DNA of 63,049 nucleotides, filler included, from Rhabdomonas costata (Eukaryota): NCBI GenBank assembly GCA_019059605.1. It is 51 parts of 51 records of this genome, joined end to end, with 100 filler letters (N's around TTAATTAATTAA, not from the genome) between each part and the next. Parts side by side here need not be neighbours in the genome. Positions count along the whole stretch, not along the records: positions 60,674 to 61,811 come from JAHMHO010026709.1; positions 61,912 to 63,049 come from JAHMHO010026710.1; 49 more parts are not named here. One strand, 5' to 3'. The notes under the pieces were generated by a model. It was not told the origin of the DNA. It saw nothing but the letters and a program-made list of their open reading frames with translations, and made no database searches. Shown one piece after another: positions 61,303 through 63,049 of the stretch (its first letter is position 1; each line of letters begins with the position of its first letter). The translations under genes were made by a program, and so were the position numbers.

Positions 61303-63049
61303 GTCTCGCATGCTCCAACGCCTTCCTACCATTCTGCTTGGTTGTACATGGCAGCGCTGATTTGAGCGAACTGAACTGCTCCTGATTGCGTCCTAATCTC
61401 AAGTCGTACGTCCTAGCACGTGAGAAAAAATCCTATCGAAGATAAGTCCTCCTGTAATCCTGTAATGACTACTACTCTCAGATTTCGGCTTTCATTGAAA
61501 TGAATTGGATTGATCAATAACGAGTAGTGCCAAATTGCGGTGAGGTGTCGGCCGCCTACGGCGGAGCCAGTATGAGGCCCAAGTGTCGCGTGACGGGGAT
61601 CATCAGCACGTTCACCTGGACATCCCGGAGGGGGGTGCGACTCTATGCGCCGGGCGTGCCTTCTAGCCTATGTAATCTGTTTGTCGGCCACAACCACCCC
61701 AGAGCGATAGATGGGCCTTGGGCCTGGACACACAGCGTGCCTCTCCAACCCCACCTCTCTTCCCCTCTTCCTGCACTGTAGTGGCTTGTCCGTCATATCC
61801 ACGATAACGACNNNNNNNNNNNNNNNNNNNNNNNNNNNNNNNNNNNNNNNNNNNNTTAATTAATTAANNNNNNNNNNNNNNNNNNNNNNNNNNNNNNNNN
61901 NNNNNNNNNNNTTTTGTTGGTTGGAACGTGCATAGTTCCCGCCAGCGCCGAAACTCCACCGGGGGGATCAAGCACCGGGCACGGTCCCAGCGAGTGCGCT
62001 TGTCAAAGCGATGTTGGAAAATTTACCTCTGCAGTTGCTAATGTAAGTACTATGTATGTACTATGTATACGATGTAGGTGTAGTATGTGTACTTTGTATG
62101 TGGTGCACCTGGAGACCGACATCGTAGCGAACAGTCTCGCCCTGAACGAAGAGTGTTTGCCACCGAAGCGGCAAGGCGAGTACTCGCGGCAGTGCAGAAA
62201 AAATAAGGAGGGCAAGGTCGGATCCCAGCCAAAAGCGAGAAGGAGGGGGAGGGCGACGAGGAGAAGGGCGGAAAGGAGGTGGAGGAGGGAGAGCGACACA
62301 TGCACGGAGGAAAAAAAACTCCCGCTGGTGCGGTGACCGTTCTCACTACTGACTTGCTCTGGTTGCACTGCACGGTGCGCTGTTCTCCTTCCTTGTGGCG
62401 TCCTGCTCTTCTGCTTGCTCTTCTGACGTTCCACTTCTTTTGCTGTTCGCGTGTCGCTTGCGACTCCTTTTTTCAAGGAGGTACATCCAGTTTTCCTCCG
62501 GCGTGTGCCTGCTTCCTATTGGCTTTCCTGCTCTGACTACGTCTCTGCTGGTGTTTCAACTAGACGGTGACACCGATATTCCACCCCCACTCTTGCTGCG
62601 TAGAGGGAAATTCCGCTTCGCTATCGCTTGATTCCTCTTCTCTCCCACGCTTTCCAAGGGTAAAACCCAACCTGCTCACCGGGGTGCCGTCTTTTTGCGA
62701 GTGCTTCGGCGAGATGCGCTTGATTTCGTTGTAGTGTCCGGGTCCTTCGGGTTCCCTCAGCGCTCCTCTCACCCATCCGAAAGAAAAGCTCCAAGTGTGG
62801 TTCCCGCGAGAAAACGCCCCAGCCCCGCAAGGAAGGAGCATGGAGTCGCAGAGACCTGAGCAGCAATGGAGCAGTGCAGGTAGCCGCTAGAAAAGAACAG
62901 CTGCGCGAGAAAGGCCCGGGACCCGTGGTGCCTCCGCTACTCCCGGGAACCGCAGGTGTGTGTGGTCGCCGTCACTGGCTGGATAACCGACGTTCGCTGC
63001 GCACCTCTTGGCAGCGAACGTCGGTTATCCAGCCAGTGACGGCAACCAC

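Noticed and set aside
1140-61911. Regularly spaced TTAATTAATTAA repeats as a CRISPR-like or biological array
   Set aside because: They are embedded in N runs of fixed length and are artificial concatenation linkers.

Overview
This window is not one locus. It is 51 unrelated contigs of about 1.13-1.14 kb, joined by artificial 100-nt linkers (N44-TTAATTAATTAA-N44), so no synteny can be read across linkers. G/T-rich contig starts, A/C-rich contig ends, residual GTGTTGGGTGTG(C/T)TTGG primer-like sequence and many terminal fold-backs point to a whole-genome-amplified (probably single-cell) library. Most contigs come from an intron-rich flagellated protist. Recognisable spliced exons include CWC15, a NEK-like kinase, an alpha-kinase, IFT121/WDR35, SEL1L/Hrd3, TOP3B, PI4K type II, a DDX60-like helicase, TRRAP, two class III nucleotide cyclases, a receiver domain, hemerythrin, TSP1, kelch, BTB and an RgpF-like protein, along with Merlin/IS1595-like and gag-like transposon remnants. 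Two contigs are very AT-rich, intronless and virus-like. The first (6193-7331) closes on itself through a perfect 91-nt terminal direct repeat into a 1048-bp unit. That unit carries one complete 227-aa Bro-N plus Vsr/DUF559-like endonuclease gene, a 20-bp hairpin and short iterated motifs, making it a candidate single-gene minicircle or tandem unit. The second (22291-23429) encodes a D5-like SF3 helicase followed by a long palindromic hairpin. All assignments come from motif recognition by eye; no searches were run.
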